64,000 nt of DNA, from positions 3,286,001 to 3,350,000 of the forward strand of contig JBHGNT010000014.1 of NCBI GenBank assembly GCA_043228905.1, written 5' to 3'. Both the position numbers and the translations under genes were made by a program. Positions 38,488 to 52,535 of the stretch are shown here, piece by piece (position 1 is the first letter of the stretch; the number at the start of each line of letters is the position of its first letter). The stretch is from Azolla caroliniana. Its lineage: Eukaryota; Plantae; Polypodiophyta. The notes beneath the pieces were generated by a model. It did no database searches, was not told the DNA's origin, and saw only the letters and a list, made by a program, of their open reading frames with translations.

Positions 38488-38643
38488 CAACGGTGTCATG
38501 AAGATTTTCGGCAACGGTGTGAAAATCATGTGGAACGAGGAAAATCGAGAAGGTGCAATATGCATATGTATGAAAGGGGTGATGGTTAATGTGCACATGT
38601 AATGTGTGTATTACACACACACACACATATATAATAAGCCTAA

Positions 38644-41600
38644 TGTTAGAGAACAGTGCTCGGCCACAACCGAGGAATAGGACCAACTCACAGAAAACGG
38701 GAAATACAAAAAAAAAATGCACGAAGACAATAGAGAGAAAAATACACAGGATGTTTTACGTGGAAAACCCTAAATGGGAAAAAACCACGGGAGTCCTCAA
38801 ACTCCAACTATCACTATGAACAGAGATGTACAATGGTGAAGCCACAAGGCAACAACCTTGAGCTCACTGTCTTCGCCACAGGCGGCGGTAACACACAGAG
38901 GCAACGACCTCTTCGTCTCTCTCTCTCTCGGCTGCTCTCACTTCGCTCCCTCTTCGTGGAAAACAGAAAGACTGAGCAACAACTACGAAAACTGTTTGCC
39001 CTAAGTCATATTTATACACATATGACTTTCGGGCTATTTACAAATATAGCCTCAAGGGCCCTTGGCAAACATATTCACAGATATGTCCCCGCATCCGGAT
39101 CTCTCTCCGGGTACATACGTCATCCGGCTCCGTAACCGAGGTCTTCAGCATCCGGCTCCGTAACCGGGGTCTTCATCATCCGGCTCCGTAACCGGGGTCT
39201 TCATCATCCGGATCCGTAGTCGGGTACTCTTCATCCGGCTTCATGCCGGGTACTCTTCATCATACGGTTCGGTAACAGCCTCCGGGCTTGCCGTCATTCA
39301 TCTCCGGACATCCCATCCGGAGGGACCGAAATCCCAACAAACTCCCCCTTCACTTCGGCATGGGATGTCTCTCCAACCCGATCCTCTTCCGGCATGCTTC
39401 CAGCTTGTCGGGTGTGAGCACCTTGGTCAGCATATCCGACCCGTTCTCGTCCGTGTGGATCTTCGTCAGCATGAACTCCTTGTCTTCTATCCTTTCCCGG
39501 ATCCAGTGGTATCTGCGCTAGATGTGTTTCGTCCGGGAATGGTAGGCCGCGTTCTTCGCAAGGTGGATGGCACTCAGACTATCGCAGTAGAGTCGGTACT
39601 CCTCCTGCCGGATACCGAGCTCTCTAATGAAGTCCTTTATCCATATTATTTCCTTGCCGGCTTCAACAGCCGCCATGTACTCCGCCTCCGTGGTTGACAG
39701 CGCAACCGTCTTCTGCAGCCTCGACTACCACGAAACAGCTCCACCTGCATACGTCATCACATACCCTGATGTGGACCGGCTGGTATCTTCATCAGCCGAC
39801 ATATCCGAATCGGTAAAGCCGTCGAATTCAGGCTTACCGGAGCCGAATCGGAGGCACACGTTTGTCGTGCCCTTCAGGTATCGGAGTATCCACTTGACCG
39901 CATTCCAGTGCTCTTTGCCGGGATTGCTCATGTACCGGCTCACCACTCCAACTGCATATCCTATGTCCGGTCTTGTACACACCATTGCGTACATCAAGCT
40001 TCCGACGGCAGAGGCATATGGTACTTTCATCATGTCCTCCTTCTCAGCCTTTGTCTTGGGGCTTTGCTTGCTGGACAACTTGCAGTTTGCCGGGAGGGTT
40101 GACCCGACCGGTCTTGCTTCCGACATGTTGAACCGGTGAAGCACCTTTGTCACGTACTTCTCCTGTGACAGCCACAACTGCTTCTTCTTCCGGTCCCGGA
40201 TGATGTGCATCCCTAGTATTTGCCTCGCCGGACCCAGGTCCTTCATTGAGAAGGTTCGGTGAAGCGCTTTCTTCAGCGTCCGTATCTTGACCTGGTCCCG
40301 TCCGACGATCAACATGTCGTCCACATACAGGAGGAGTATTAGAGAGTCTCCTTCTTCGAACTTCTTCACAAACACGCAGTGATCAGACTGCGTTTTGTGG
40401 TACCCTTCGTCGGTCATGAAGGAGTCGAACTTCCGGTACCATTGCCGGGGAGCCTGCTTCAGTCCGTAAAGGCTCTTTTTCAACCGGCATACCAGGTGCT
40501 CCTTCCCTTTCTTCTCGAATCCTTCCGGTTGCTGCATGTAGATCTCTTCTTCGAGGTCACCGTGAAGGAATGCCGTCTTCACGTCCATCTGTTCTACCTC
40601 GAGGTCCATGCTTGCCGCTATGCTCAGCACCGTCCGGATGGAGGTCATCTTCACTACCGGGGCAAATATCTCGTCGAAGTCGACGCCCTTCTTCTGCTGA
40701 AACCCCTTCACCACAATCCTGGCTTTGTATCTCGGGGGGTTTCCGGCATCTCCCGGTTTCAGCTTGAACACCCACTTGTTTCGAAGTGCCCGCTTTCCTT
40801 TCGGCAACTCCACAAGTTCATATGTGTGGTTCTCATGCAGGGAATCCATCTCGTCCTGCATGGCACTCAACCACCTGCGGCTCTGGGTGTCATGCTTTGC
40901 TTCTTCAAAGCTCTCCGGCTCCCCTTCGTCGGTTAGCAGCACGTGCTCTGGTTCCGGAAATCTCCGGGGGGCCCTTCTCTCTCTTAGAGGATATCTCCGT
41001 TCCGGAGCTTCGGTAACCGGTTCCTCGGATTCTTCTTCATCCGAATCCATTTCGGGATCGGGGCCGGTTCCGGTATCATTTTCATCTTCTTCGGCCGGTT
41101 CTGTTTCTTCACCGTCTTCGGCCGGATCCTCGAGTGCTAACCGGTCCCTTGCCGGTCGGGACTGCTCCTCGTAGAGTTGATCCTCACCGGTCGACTTGGA
41201 GCTCTTCATCTTCTTCTCCGACTCCCAGTCGGCAAGTGTCTTGTTCTCCATGAAGATGATATCACGACTCCGGAATATCTTCTTGTCGACCGGGTCCCAT
41301 ACTCGGTAGCCGAACTCGTCGTCACCGTAACCGAGGAATATGCATGGCCGGGTCTTTGGATCTAGCTTTCCTCTCCGGTCCTTTGCCACATGCACATATG
41401 CGAGACACCCGAACACCTTCAGATGCCGGTAGTATACTTCCCTACCGGTCCACACTCTCTGCGGCTCCGTCCAAAGGTACTGAGGGTGATCTGTTTATCA
41501 CGTATGTCGCCGTCGACATTGCCTCAGCCCAAAACCCCTTGGGTAATTCCGCATGCGCCAGCATACTCCGGACCCTCTCCATTATGGTCCGGTTCATCCT

Positions 41601-44090
41601 CTCGGCCAGCCCGTTCAGTTCCGGCGTCTTCGGCACAGTAAACTCGAGCCGGATTCCCTTCGAGCGACAGTACTCCGCGAACTGCCCCCGGTATTCCCCT
41701 CCGTTATCCGCTCGTATCGCTTTCAGCTTCTTGCCGGATTCCCTTTCCACTCTCGCGTGGAGTTCCTTGAAGACGGACAAAACTTGGTCCTTTGTCTTCA
41801 ACGGTGCCGTCCACAGCTTCCGGCTGTGATCATCAATGAATGTCACGAAGTACTGGGCTCCGCCATGTGACTTCGTTTCTACCTGACATACATCAGTGTG
41901 CACCAACTCCAATGGTGTGCTACGTCTCGTCGGTGGCCTTGAGTGGAAGGAGGTTCGGTTCTGCTTACCGGCCAGGCAGTCGGTGCACTTCTCTAGGTGC
42001 ACATGCTTCACTGGAATAAGGTTGTCTTCTGCAAGCCTTTTCATCCCCTTCTCGCTCATGTGGCACAGTCTCTTGTGCCATAGCTCACCGGCAGTGTCAG
42101 CTGCCACGTTCAGCTCCTCCGGACATAGCCGGGAATTCATCAGGTACAGTGTGTTAATCTTCCGGGCCCGAGCCACTATCAGGCTCCCTTTACTGAACTT
42201 CATGACACCGTTCCGGATGCTACCCGTGTAGCCTTCATCGTCTAGCCTCCCGGCCGAAATCAGGTTCAATCGAACCTCCGGAACGTGTCGCACATCCTTC
42301 AGCAGCATTTTGCATCCGGTCGGGGTTGTCAACCACACGTCTCCTATGCCGGCAATCCGACATGTGCCTTCATTTCCCATCCGGACACAGCCGTGCTCAC
42401 CGGTTGTGTATGATGAGAAGTATTTCTTCTCCGGGGTCAGGTGGAATGACGCTCCGGAATCGACCACCCAGGTCATCTCTACACCGGCAAGGTTCAGCTC
42501 CCTCTCTTCGGTAATGAGCATTATCTCTTCTTCACTTGCCGCGAGTGCCGTCGTTCCTTTCCGGTCCTGCCCTCGCCGATCCGAACCTCTCCGGTCCGTG
42601 GCTCCCCGGTATGCACCGTTTCTCTCCGGTGACTTCTTCGAATCGGTGTCGTCGGCTCCGTTGTCCTTTCGGTAATGCCGACAATTCTTCCGGAAGTGCC
42701 CAGGCTTCCCACAGTGGAAGCATGTGGGTCTTCCTCTTGACTGCGACCGGGTCCCCGACTTCTCCCGTCTTTGCGGACTCCGGTTCCATTGTCTTCCCCG
42801 ATCCGATTCGGTAAGCAGCATCTTCGGATCGGAGGCCGGTTCTTTATCTCTCCGACGCGCTTCTTCGTTCAAAATACTTGTCTTTACCGTTTGTAGGGAC
42901 AAGTTATCTTCGGTGCAGGAGGTGCTGAGAGTCACCACCAAGTTCTCCCAGCTTTCCGGCAATGTACACATCAGGATGATGGCTTGCATTGCATCCTCCA
43001 ACGGGAACTTGATCGCCGCAAACTGGTTCACGAATCCCATGAACGTGCTTACGTGTTCCACCATACTCTCACCGTCCCGGTACTTGAGATTCACTATCTT
43101 CCTCATCAGGGAGGTCCGGTTCAACGCATTCTTCCTCTCGTAGAGGCCCGACAGCTTCCGCCACATCTCATAGGCATTCGTATCGTTCGCCACATGTTGC
43201 AGAACACTTACATCGACATATTGCCGGATCGTCGCTACGGCTTTCCGGTTCAGGAGCTTCCACTCCGACTCTATTACCCCCTTGGGTATCTCGGCATTGT
43301 CGATCGGTTCGTACAGGTCTCGGACGATGAGAAGGTCTTCCATCTTTATCTTCCAGTCGGCGTAGTTCTGTGAGTTCAACACCATCATGCCCGGAGGCCC
43401 ACTACCGCCGCCTTCCATTTTCTGTGTTACCGTCACTCTGATACCACTTGTTAGAGAACAGTGCTCGGCCACAACCGAGGAATAGGACCAACTCACAGAA
43501 AACGGGAAATACAAAAAAAAAATGCACGAAGACAATAGAGAGAAAAATACACAGGATGTTTTACGTGGAAAACCCTAAATGGGAAAAAACCACGGGAGTC
43601 CTCAAACTCCAACTATCACTATGAACAAAGATGTACAATGGTGAAGCCACAAGGCAACAACCTTGAGCTCACTGTCTTCGCCACAGGCGGCGGTAACACA
43701 CAGAGGCAACGACCTCTTCGTCTCTCTCTCTCTCGGCTGCTCTCACTTCGCTCCCTCTTCGTGGAAAACAGAAAGACTGAGCAACAACTACGAAAACTGT
43801 TTGCCCTAAGTCATATTTATACACATATGACTTTCGGGCTATTTACAAATATAGCCTCAAGGGCCCTTGGCAAACATATTCACAGATATGTCCCCGCATC
43901 CGGATCTCTCTCCGGGTACATACGTCATCCGGCTCCGTAACCGGGGTCTTCATCATCCGGCTCCGTAACCGGGGTCTTCATCATCCGGATCCGTAGCCGG
44001 GTACTCTTCATCATACGGTTCGGTAACAGCCTCCGGGCTTGCCGTCATTCATCTCCGGACATCCCATCCGGAGGGACCGAAATCCCAACA
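38644..44090 (-). mobile_element. E9: near-intact Ty1/Copia element
   Basis: LTRs 38644-39339 and 43449-44090; TSD cctaa; iMet PBS (ctctgatacca 43436-43446); PPT next to 39340. Confidence 0.95.
39351..43418 (-). CDS. E9 Gag-Pol polyprotein with a frameshift near 41460 and late stop codons
   Basis: ORFs 41442-43535 (CFHCGKPGHFRKNC, WVVDSGAS, integrase) and 39725-41455 (YVDD RT, start of RNase H). Confidence 0.9.
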
Positions 44091-44529
44091 CCTAACACAT
44101 ACAATGAGGTGTAAGTAAGGGTTTTGAACCTTACACCTCCAAGATAGGAGGCAATAGACATACCATTAGACTAGGTTGTTTCATTTGAAAGTTATTTCTT
44201 CATTGTACATTTCACACGAAATTGCTCGTACAAGAGAGCTTAGATAAGGTACATGGTCATCATGCATCACATGTGATGCATGAGCGCCAAATGGCGATCA
44301 TGCATCACATGCATTTCATGCATTGTATGCATGTACTACACCCTCACATGCACATATGCATGGGGGCATCTATATAAGAAGGGGAAGAAAGGGATCGATC
44401 TATCGATTAAAAAAGTTATGTATCAAATAAAAAATTAATAATAATAAAAAACCTAGTTAATCTTATTGGTGATGTGTCTTGTCTCTCGAAACTGAAGTCA
44501 AGGGTTCAAACCCGAAATTGGAATTCAGC

Positions 44530-44561
<32 letters not shown>

Positions 44562-44906
44562 AAACACTTCCTCAATTTTCGTTTCTCTCTCTCTCACTCT
44601 CAACCACATTAATGCGTCACTTCAACCGCCTATACGTCAATCCATCGCCCCGTTGAGTCTGGTTCAGGTGTGTCTTTGACAACAAAGGAAGACCAGACGA
44701 TAAGCACAACTCCTTACAAGCACAACTCACCCGATTCGTTCTTGCCAGTCAAAGACCTCAGTGGTCCTGTTCGACCGACTCGTAGGCACCGAAATCCCAT
44801 TATCAATCCTCCTAACCACTAGCGGATAGAGGCCTGGTGCTTGTCCGCGCTTGTGACGCGGACATCCCGACGTTTGGCACGTGTGTCACACGCCACACGA
44901 CAATGG

Positions 44907-45939
44907 CTCCGAGCTATGCAAACAAAGGGAGTTGTCATCGGACAAATCTTCGAGTCGAAACGACTCAACTGAGTATTCGAAGCATGTCAACTCGGCAAAC
45001 AACATCGACTTCCATTCCCAAAGGAGAGTTCCGCAAGCAAAGGCCTCCTCGACCTCATACATCATATTTATGGGGACCGGCACAAATGTCAACGATCGGT
45101 GGATGCTGATACTACGTCACCTTCATTGATGACTACTCCCGCTACATGTGGATCTTCTTGATGAAGAAGAAGAGCGAAGTGCTCTCCCACTTCCAAAAGC
45201 TCAAAAGCCAAGTCGAAAAAGAAACCGGTCGACACATTCATTGCCTACGATCGGATGGAGGCAAGGAGTACTTCTCCGACGAGTTCATCTTCTACCTCCA
45301 AAGTGAAGGCATTCGGAGAGAATTCTCATGCCGACACACACCCCAACAAAATGGAGTAGCCGAAAAGAAGAATTAACAAACACTCGAGGTACCACACGCC
45401 ATGATGCAAGAGAAGCACATGCTGAAATTCTATTGGGCCGAAGCGGCATCCACGACCATCTATCTCATGAACCGGTGCACCACTAATGGAGAGCATGAGC
45501 TAACTCCATACAAGCTCCTTGTTGCAAGGAAGCCAATCCCGTCGCACCTCAAGCTGTTCGGAAGCATTGCAAATGTACGCATCGCGAACAAAAAACAACA
45601 GAAGCCTAATGCGAAGTTGGAGAATGTATCCTCGTAGGATACTTGTCTGAGAAGAAGGCATACAAGTGCTATAACCCTTCGACTCGAGCTCTCCGGGTAA
45701 GTTGACACATAGTCTTCGACAAATCAACATCATGGTATAAGCCCGATTTGGCTACACCCGACCCGACCGAGGAAGAGTTGAACGTCAACTCGGAGAATGA
45801 TATTAAGACAAGTCCTCTACCAAAGGACAATCCAAGCCCACCCGAGCCTTCATGCATTCCAAGCACGTTGCAACCAAGTACGACCTTGGACAAAGGCAAA
45901 GGTAAGATGCCCGAATACGAAGTCGATCACCCCGACAAC
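44907..45939 (+). pseudogene. E2 GAG-pre-integrase and integrase remnant
   Basis: CQLGKQHRLPF, LRSDGGKEY, TPQQNGVAEKKN. Confidence 0.85.
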
Positions 45940-46011
45940 TGTCAGGAATAGTACTGAGACAAAGAGGAAATTAGTACTAAGAGGAAAAGAGGGTGTAGAA
46001 CACTTGAGAGA

Positions 46012-46051
<40 letters not shown>

Positions 46052-49000
46052 TGATGACAACGATATATTATGTGAAAAGAATATACAAGGATGGCTAGGA
46101 GGCTTAAGATTGGCGTTGAACCGATTTGGTTCGAAATAATGTCTTGTGCCTCCTTTTATAGTGTTCTTAGGAGTACTCCTGAAGTTTCTAGAATGTTCTA
46201 GAGAAATCTGGAATATACATCAATTTTCTATAGTAAAACTTAAATGAAAATAATATCCTTTGTATTACAACATATAGTCTAATGGTCAATAGCCCGAACC
46301 ATGTAACATAAGGTCATGGGTTCGAGTCTTGCCATATCATGATACTATTCCTTGATGTGACGAGTGTCACGAGTCATTTCCGATTGAGGACCCGGTTTGT
46401 CTGGATATTGATGATGGAAATCTTCAAGAAGAGCATGAGCATTGGTCACATTCTCTATTGGTTCCCAAGTACGCTCGATGGGGCTATATCCTAGCCAATC
46501 GACTAAATAGTAGAGCTTGTTGCAAACAATCTTGGAATGGAGGATGGTGGCAACCTCGTACTCAGGTCCATCTTCAAGTTCGATTGGGGGTGGAGGTTGT
46601 TTAATATGACCTGGGATGGTGCTGTCTTGATAGGGTTTGAGGAGAGAACTATGAAACATTGGATGTATCTGACTGAAGTTGTGGAGGTAGATCATGACGA
46701 AAAGCGACATCATTAATTTTTCCGATAATACAGAAAGGACCTAATCGCTGATAATCCAACTTCTGACATGGGCGAGTAGTCTTGATGTTTCGTCGTAGTA
46801 GTCATATACCCGATCTCCAATGTCAAAACTGGATGGAAGCAGATGACAATCCGCGTAAACCTTGTGTGTTTGTTGAGCTTGTTGTAGATGAGTTGATAAA
46901 TCCGCTTGTATCTTGCGTAACCTCTCCAAACGATCCTTTGCGCAAGGATTTGTGGGTAACTCTAGGGTTTCAAATACACACCACTGGGGGTGACATCCCA
47001 TATAAGCATAAAATGGTGTAACCTTTGTCGATGAGTGGACAGAGTTATTATACGCCAATTCAGCGAAGTGGAGAATATCCGCCCAGTCATCTTGATGATA
47101 GCTTAGAAAGCACCGAAGATATTGCTCCAACGTTTGATTTGTTTGTTCTGCTTGGCCGTCTGTTTGTGGGTGGTATCCGGACGAGAGGTTACAAGTGACC
47201 TTGAGCATTTTAAAGAGGTGCTTCCAAAATTTCGAGACGAATTGGGGTCCACGGTCGCTGATGATACTATCAGGAAGGCCATGATGCCCACATACTTCAC
47301 GCATGACAGTTTCAACGGTTTCTTCACTGGAGATTTCCTTAGTACATGGCATGAAATGGGCCATCTTCATATATCGATCTACTACTATTAAGATCACATC
47401 GAATCCCTTAGAGATAGGAAGATGTGTGATGAAATCTAGAGCAATGGATTGCCACGACTTGCTTGGAATTGGTAATGGTTCTAATAAACCATATGGATGA
47501 TGCCTTGGCATTTTTGCTCTGCAACATGTATCAGAAGTCCGAACAAAATCTTCGACAAATTGTCGCATATGGGGCCACCAGAATGATCGGTGTACTAAAT
47601 CTAATGTTTTAGTACAACCAAAACGCCCAACTGTATATGTGTCATGACAATTTTGGACTACTCGAAGACGACAAGAACCATTAGGAACATACAAAAGTTT
47701 CTGAAAGAATAGTAATCCATCATGACATTCGAATTGTCGATAGTCTATACCTAGTTGTTGCGACTATTAACAAGATGCTCGAGAGGGATCAATTTGTGCT
47801 AGAATGGCTTGGGTGAAAGCATCTATCTTCAAGTCCTCATGTATGGTATCGATAACGTGGGAATCCAAGGGCATACTGAAGACCTGTGTTGCTTCAAGTC
47901 GTGTTGGTCTCAAGATTACTTGCTTTTGGTTATCGAAAGCTGGCTCGCCAAGACGCGGTGCTAGATATGAGCGCCGTGATAATGCATCTGCCTTCCCTTG
48001 TTGCTTCCTCGGACGATATGTAATTTTGAAGTCGAAATGAGTGAGGAATTGGGCCCACCGAGCTTGACGTCGATTTAACACACAAGCATTCTGAAAGTAG
48101 GCAAGGTTTTTGTGATCACTGAATACGGTGACTTGATGAGAAGATCCCTCTAGAAAATGCTTCTATTGTGTAAAACTACATTTTACCAGCTTTGCACCCG
48201 AAACTACATTTTTCCAGCTTTGCATAAAGACCATGTTCTCGAAGTCGTTTTAGTACTAACAATACATGAGAATCATGCTCTTCGCGGGTCTTCGAATAAA
48301 CCAGTAGATCATCCAAGTAGATGATCAAACAAACATCCAAGAGATCTTGGAATATATCATTTGCCATGTGTTGGAAGACTGCTGGCGCATTAGTGAGGCC
48401 GAATGGCATGACCGTATACTCGAAGTGCCCATATCTGGTGCGAAACGCGGTCTTCCATTCATCTCTTGGTCGGATCCGTACGAGGTTATATGCTCCTTGT
48501 AAGTCGATCTTTGTGAAGAAGCTTGCACCATTGATCCATTCTAAAAGACTTGAGATAAGGGGAATTGCATACCTATTCCTGATGGTGACCTTATTCAAGC
48601 CACGGTAATCTACGACAAGACGAAGTGATCCATCCTTTTTCTTGACAAAGAAAATGGGTGCGCCGATTGGAGATTTCGAATGTCGAATGAAACCATTTGC
48701 CAAATTCTCCTCTATATAGGCTTGAAGGACTTCTAGCTCGGTTGGTGACAAATTGTAGATTGGTCCCCATGGTGGCTCTTTTCCCGGTTGTAAATCGATG
48801 GGGCAATCATATGGTCGATGGTGAGGAAGTGTATTGGCTTGCACTTTATCGAACACATCGACATAATGACAATACTTCTCTGGAAGTTGAATGGTGGAGT
48901 CCTCTTTAGTGGTGTTGGAGGGTTTTACTAATATTGCAAAGAGAAACATTTCTTCCTTGCGTCCTTCCTCACGCAACTGATGTAGCGAAATGGTTGCAAT

Positions 49001-51695
49001 GTTATAAGGAGATCCTTGGGTTTGTCGATACCGGATTTCTCTTGTTCTCCAATCTATGTCGGGGTCATGTAATTCGAACCATGGTAATCCAAAAACAATG
49101 GGATGTTCTGGGATACTAATTATATTAAAGGATACTACACACGCTAAATTATCTAGGACAATATTAACAGGCTCTGAATCTTTTATGATATTTCTAGAAG
49201 CAATGGGACGACCATCAATGACTACTACAGAGGCTGGACACGAGAGTTTTCTTGGGAATATCTGATGAGCTTGGGCAAAATTCCTATCCATGAAGCAAGA
49301 ATTAGCTCCGGAATCTAGGAGTGCTGAGACATGTAATGGAGAGGTACTTTTAGTACTAACTGTTACTTGGGTTAATAACACATTGCTAACTTGCTTAGAG
49401 GGAATGGAACCACTAATGGGCTGCACATATCTAGGGCTGTCCAACCAAATGGCTCTTATTTTGGCTGGACTTGGTCGTTTAACTCTTCTTTTAACTGACT
49501 AAGGACATCAAATTTGTTCGATAGATTTGGGCTATTAGTACTATAAGGACTATCAGATATTCCTACTGAAATAGACTCGGGTTTAGTACAATTAGAACTA
49601 GCAACTATTTGGTTTACCTGTCTTCTTGTCTTATGGGGACAATTCACTACAATATGCCCTGGTCCACTGCAGTAAAGACATAGTCGCTTTGCTCAGCCTC
49701 GTTGCTTTTCTTCTTCCGCTAATGGTCCACGACGACGTGTAGTGTCAATTTTCATCGGAGTTGGAGTATTCATGAGAGACGTATTATATGACTCCCTTGG
49801 AAAAGGTTTTACTACCATTGAGGCGTAGGTGGGTTCTGATCTTGCCCTTGGCATTTGAAAATGACGTTCCGAACGTTGTTCGAAAAGACGGTTGTCGTAT
49901 CTCACTGCGTGACTGATTGCTTCTGTCAATGACTTTGGTTCTTTGGGGAAGGTCAAGAGTAAATCCTTGACATCGTTACGTAGACCATAACGAAATTGCT
50001 CCATTAGTGCTTGGTCATCCCAAGGGATATCGGAGGCGAGTAGGCGGAAATCTGTAGCGTATGCGGAGGGTGGACGATCACCTTGACGTAATCGTCGGAT
50101 TTTGTTGATTGTTGTCCTTATGTTGTCAGTATCTCCAAAACATGCTTTAAACTCACTTAAAAACTCTTCAAAATTGTTTAGTAAAGGAGATTCCTTTTCT
50201 AACAATGGAGCGAACCATGCCAAAGCTGAGCCACTTAACAACATGCCTACTAAACCCACTCGTGATGCATCGGTGGGATATCGGGAAGGATGCATTTGAA
50301 TGACTAATCGTACCTGATTAAGGAATCCTCTAAACTGCGATCGTGTTCCATCGAATTTCATGGGAAGGCCAATCTTGGGTTCTTTATGAATCCGTTGCGT
50401 ATTGGGTCCTTGTTGTTGCATCGCTACTATGGTTGCTTCGAGTTGTTGCACGCGTAATGCTAGTTCCCCATGTTGTTGTTGCGTCTACTACTTTTCTCTA
50501 AGGAGATTTGTTGAAGATCCCCCAACAACCATTGATTTTCTTGTTCCAAAGCAAGGAACTTCTCTTTCAAGCATTGCATCTCCGAGAAAACGAATTGATG
50601 TTCTTGAGCGATAACAGTGGCCATAGGATGAGAGGAAAGAGGAATAAGATATTAGTATGAAGGGAGGGAAACGTAAGAAGATAAAAGAAAGAGGAGGAAA
50701 GAGGTGAGGAAAATTGGTTCAAACTATCAGGAATAGTACTGAGACAGAGAGGAAATTAGTACTAAGAGATGAATATTAGTACTAAGAGGAAAAGAGGGTG
50801 TAGAACACTTGAGAGAAGGAGATAGATAGATAGATAGATAGATTATATTATCGTCTTTGGAGGTCAAATATGACCTATGAGACCAAAAATATTACATTTC
50901 ACGTGATATGTGTGAAAGTGAGTAGGGACTCTCGATGTTCAAGAACTTTACCAATGAATGTTGCAATCGAGTGCACATTGTGGTTGTGAGAGGAATTCAT
51001 GCAAGGATTGGGCTCGGTCGAAGAGAAGTGGAAATCATGGTCGAATATGATCAAAGGTAGAGCATTGTATCAAAGTGTGATACTCAGACTCGCAAACTTG
51101 TTCAGGGCAAAGTGTGCATAGCCGACCACTTTCATCACTTGTGCCCCAACGACCTATCTCACATCGCAATGCATGTGAGCTAAGTCGCATGGAAGCAATG
51201 GTTTGAATGGAAGATAAAGGTATGGGCTCTAACATATATCGATGTGTATGATTTCCCGGTTCCGCAAAGAATATGGTTTTGTAGTTAGGTGCAACATGTG
51301 TAGTATAATGTGTCAAGCGTGAGCCTCCACATTTGTCCCATGTCATGATACATTGGCATTGCAAAAAGGCCTCATTTACAGAGAGAGAGAGAGAGAGAAT
51401 GATGATGATAATGATATATTATGTGAAAAGAATATACAAGGATGGCTAGGAGGCTTAAGACTAGCGTTGAACTTATTTGGTTCGAAATAATGCCTAGTGC
51501 CTCCTTTTATAGTGTTCTCAGGAGTACTCCTGAAGTTTCTAGAATGTTCCAGAGAAATCTGGAATATATATCAATTTTCTATAGTAAAACTTAAATGAAA
51601 ATAATATCCTTCGTATTACAACATATAGGGTAATGGTCAAGAGCTTGACCCATGTAACATAAGGTCATGGATTCGAGTCTTGCCATATCATGACA
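45940..51695 (-). mobile_element. E10: Tcn1-like chromovirus related to E4, with an internal deletion
   Basis: LTRs 45940-46344 and 50725-51695 (the latter carries a LINE); TSD acaac/acgac; gag 49693-50451, PR-RT 48176-49444, integrase 46741-47694, chromodomain 46345-46713. Confidence 0.9.
50821..51380 (-). mobile_element. 5'-truncated non-LTR retrotransposon (RTEX/RTE-like LINE) in the (GA)n tract of the E10 LTR
   Basis: MRLSSHALRCEIGRW...RLCTLC...ESEYHTLIQC C-terminal zinc motif (ORF 51035-51364); 3' (TATC)n tail at 50821-50843; absent from the partner LTR. Confidence 0.75.
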
Positions 51696-52092
51696 ACGAC
51701 AGTGATTCGAATGTGTCAACTACATAGTGAGGTTGGTGTACCCATATACTCATGCGGACACCCGGAGTAAAGAAGGCGATCACATCGACAAGCCAAAAAC
51801 TTTGAGGCTCTTCTAGAGAGAAGAATTTTGTCACTCGGCTCGGTTACTACGAGTACATGGCCCATGATTACGCCTTTGTTGTGAAGGTAGCGGCCGAACA
51901 AGAGCCCGAGAGCTCTATAGAAGAGGTTCGTTCGTGACCCACGATGGGTGGAAGCAGTCGACCCAAGGCTTCATCACAGGCTTGAGGGGGAGGAACCGAA
52001 ACGGCCACGATGTAGAAGCCGACATGGAAAGCCGGACAATGTCGAAAGCAAAACCGGATGTCGGACTCCTCACAGTTGAGCTTGAGGGGGCG

Positions 52093-52530
52093 TGTTGAGA
52101 GATTAAGCTCAAGTAGAGTTAGTTAATTAGTTAACCATGTAACTTCGTAGTTACCTAGATAGAATCTATTTAGAAGTATTGACTATAATACATTAAATAG
52201 GTACTTAAGTGGGACATTCTAGATCCTCCACTCCCAAGTACATTTAATATAGGACTTACACAAGTACATTTAATATAGGACTTACACCCTTGTACCTATA
52301 TTCTCCTAACACATGTGCACCCTTGCACATTAAATCTATATATACCTCATTGTAGGTATTTTTGTATTTGATGATGCTAATTTAATATAGAGTTAATCAT
52401 CCCCCATCTTGTGTTGTTCATAAGTGTATCTTCCTCTCTCTCTTCCTCTCACACACATACACACACATATCACATAATCTTCAGCTTAGCTTAATCACAT
52501 AATTAGGTACTAATTAACTAATTCTTAACA
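52093..52530 (+). repeat. E2 3' LTR
   Basis: Matches 4293-4724; followed by TSD ttagt. Confidence 0.92.
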
Positions 52531-52535
52531 TTAGT

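Larger units (their letters stand above)
38494..44902 (+). repeat. Solo LTR of the E6/E7 lineage (~960 bp), interrupted by Copia E9
   Basis: Starts tgtcatgaagattttc (E7 LTR starts tgtcgtgaagattttc) and ends cacgaca (like the E6 LTR); TSD acgg/atgg; removal restores the E2 frame QRLRAMQTKG. Confidence 0.75.
4293..52530 (+). mobile_element. E2: internally deleted Ty1/Copia element hosting about 44 kb of nested insertions
   Basis: LTRs 4293-4724 and 52093-52530; TSD ttagt on both sides; PBS tggtatcagag (tRNA-iMet) at 4725; PPT ttgagggggcg; own internal pieces at 4725-6234, 38488-38493, 44907-45939 and 51701-52092. Confidence 0.9.
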
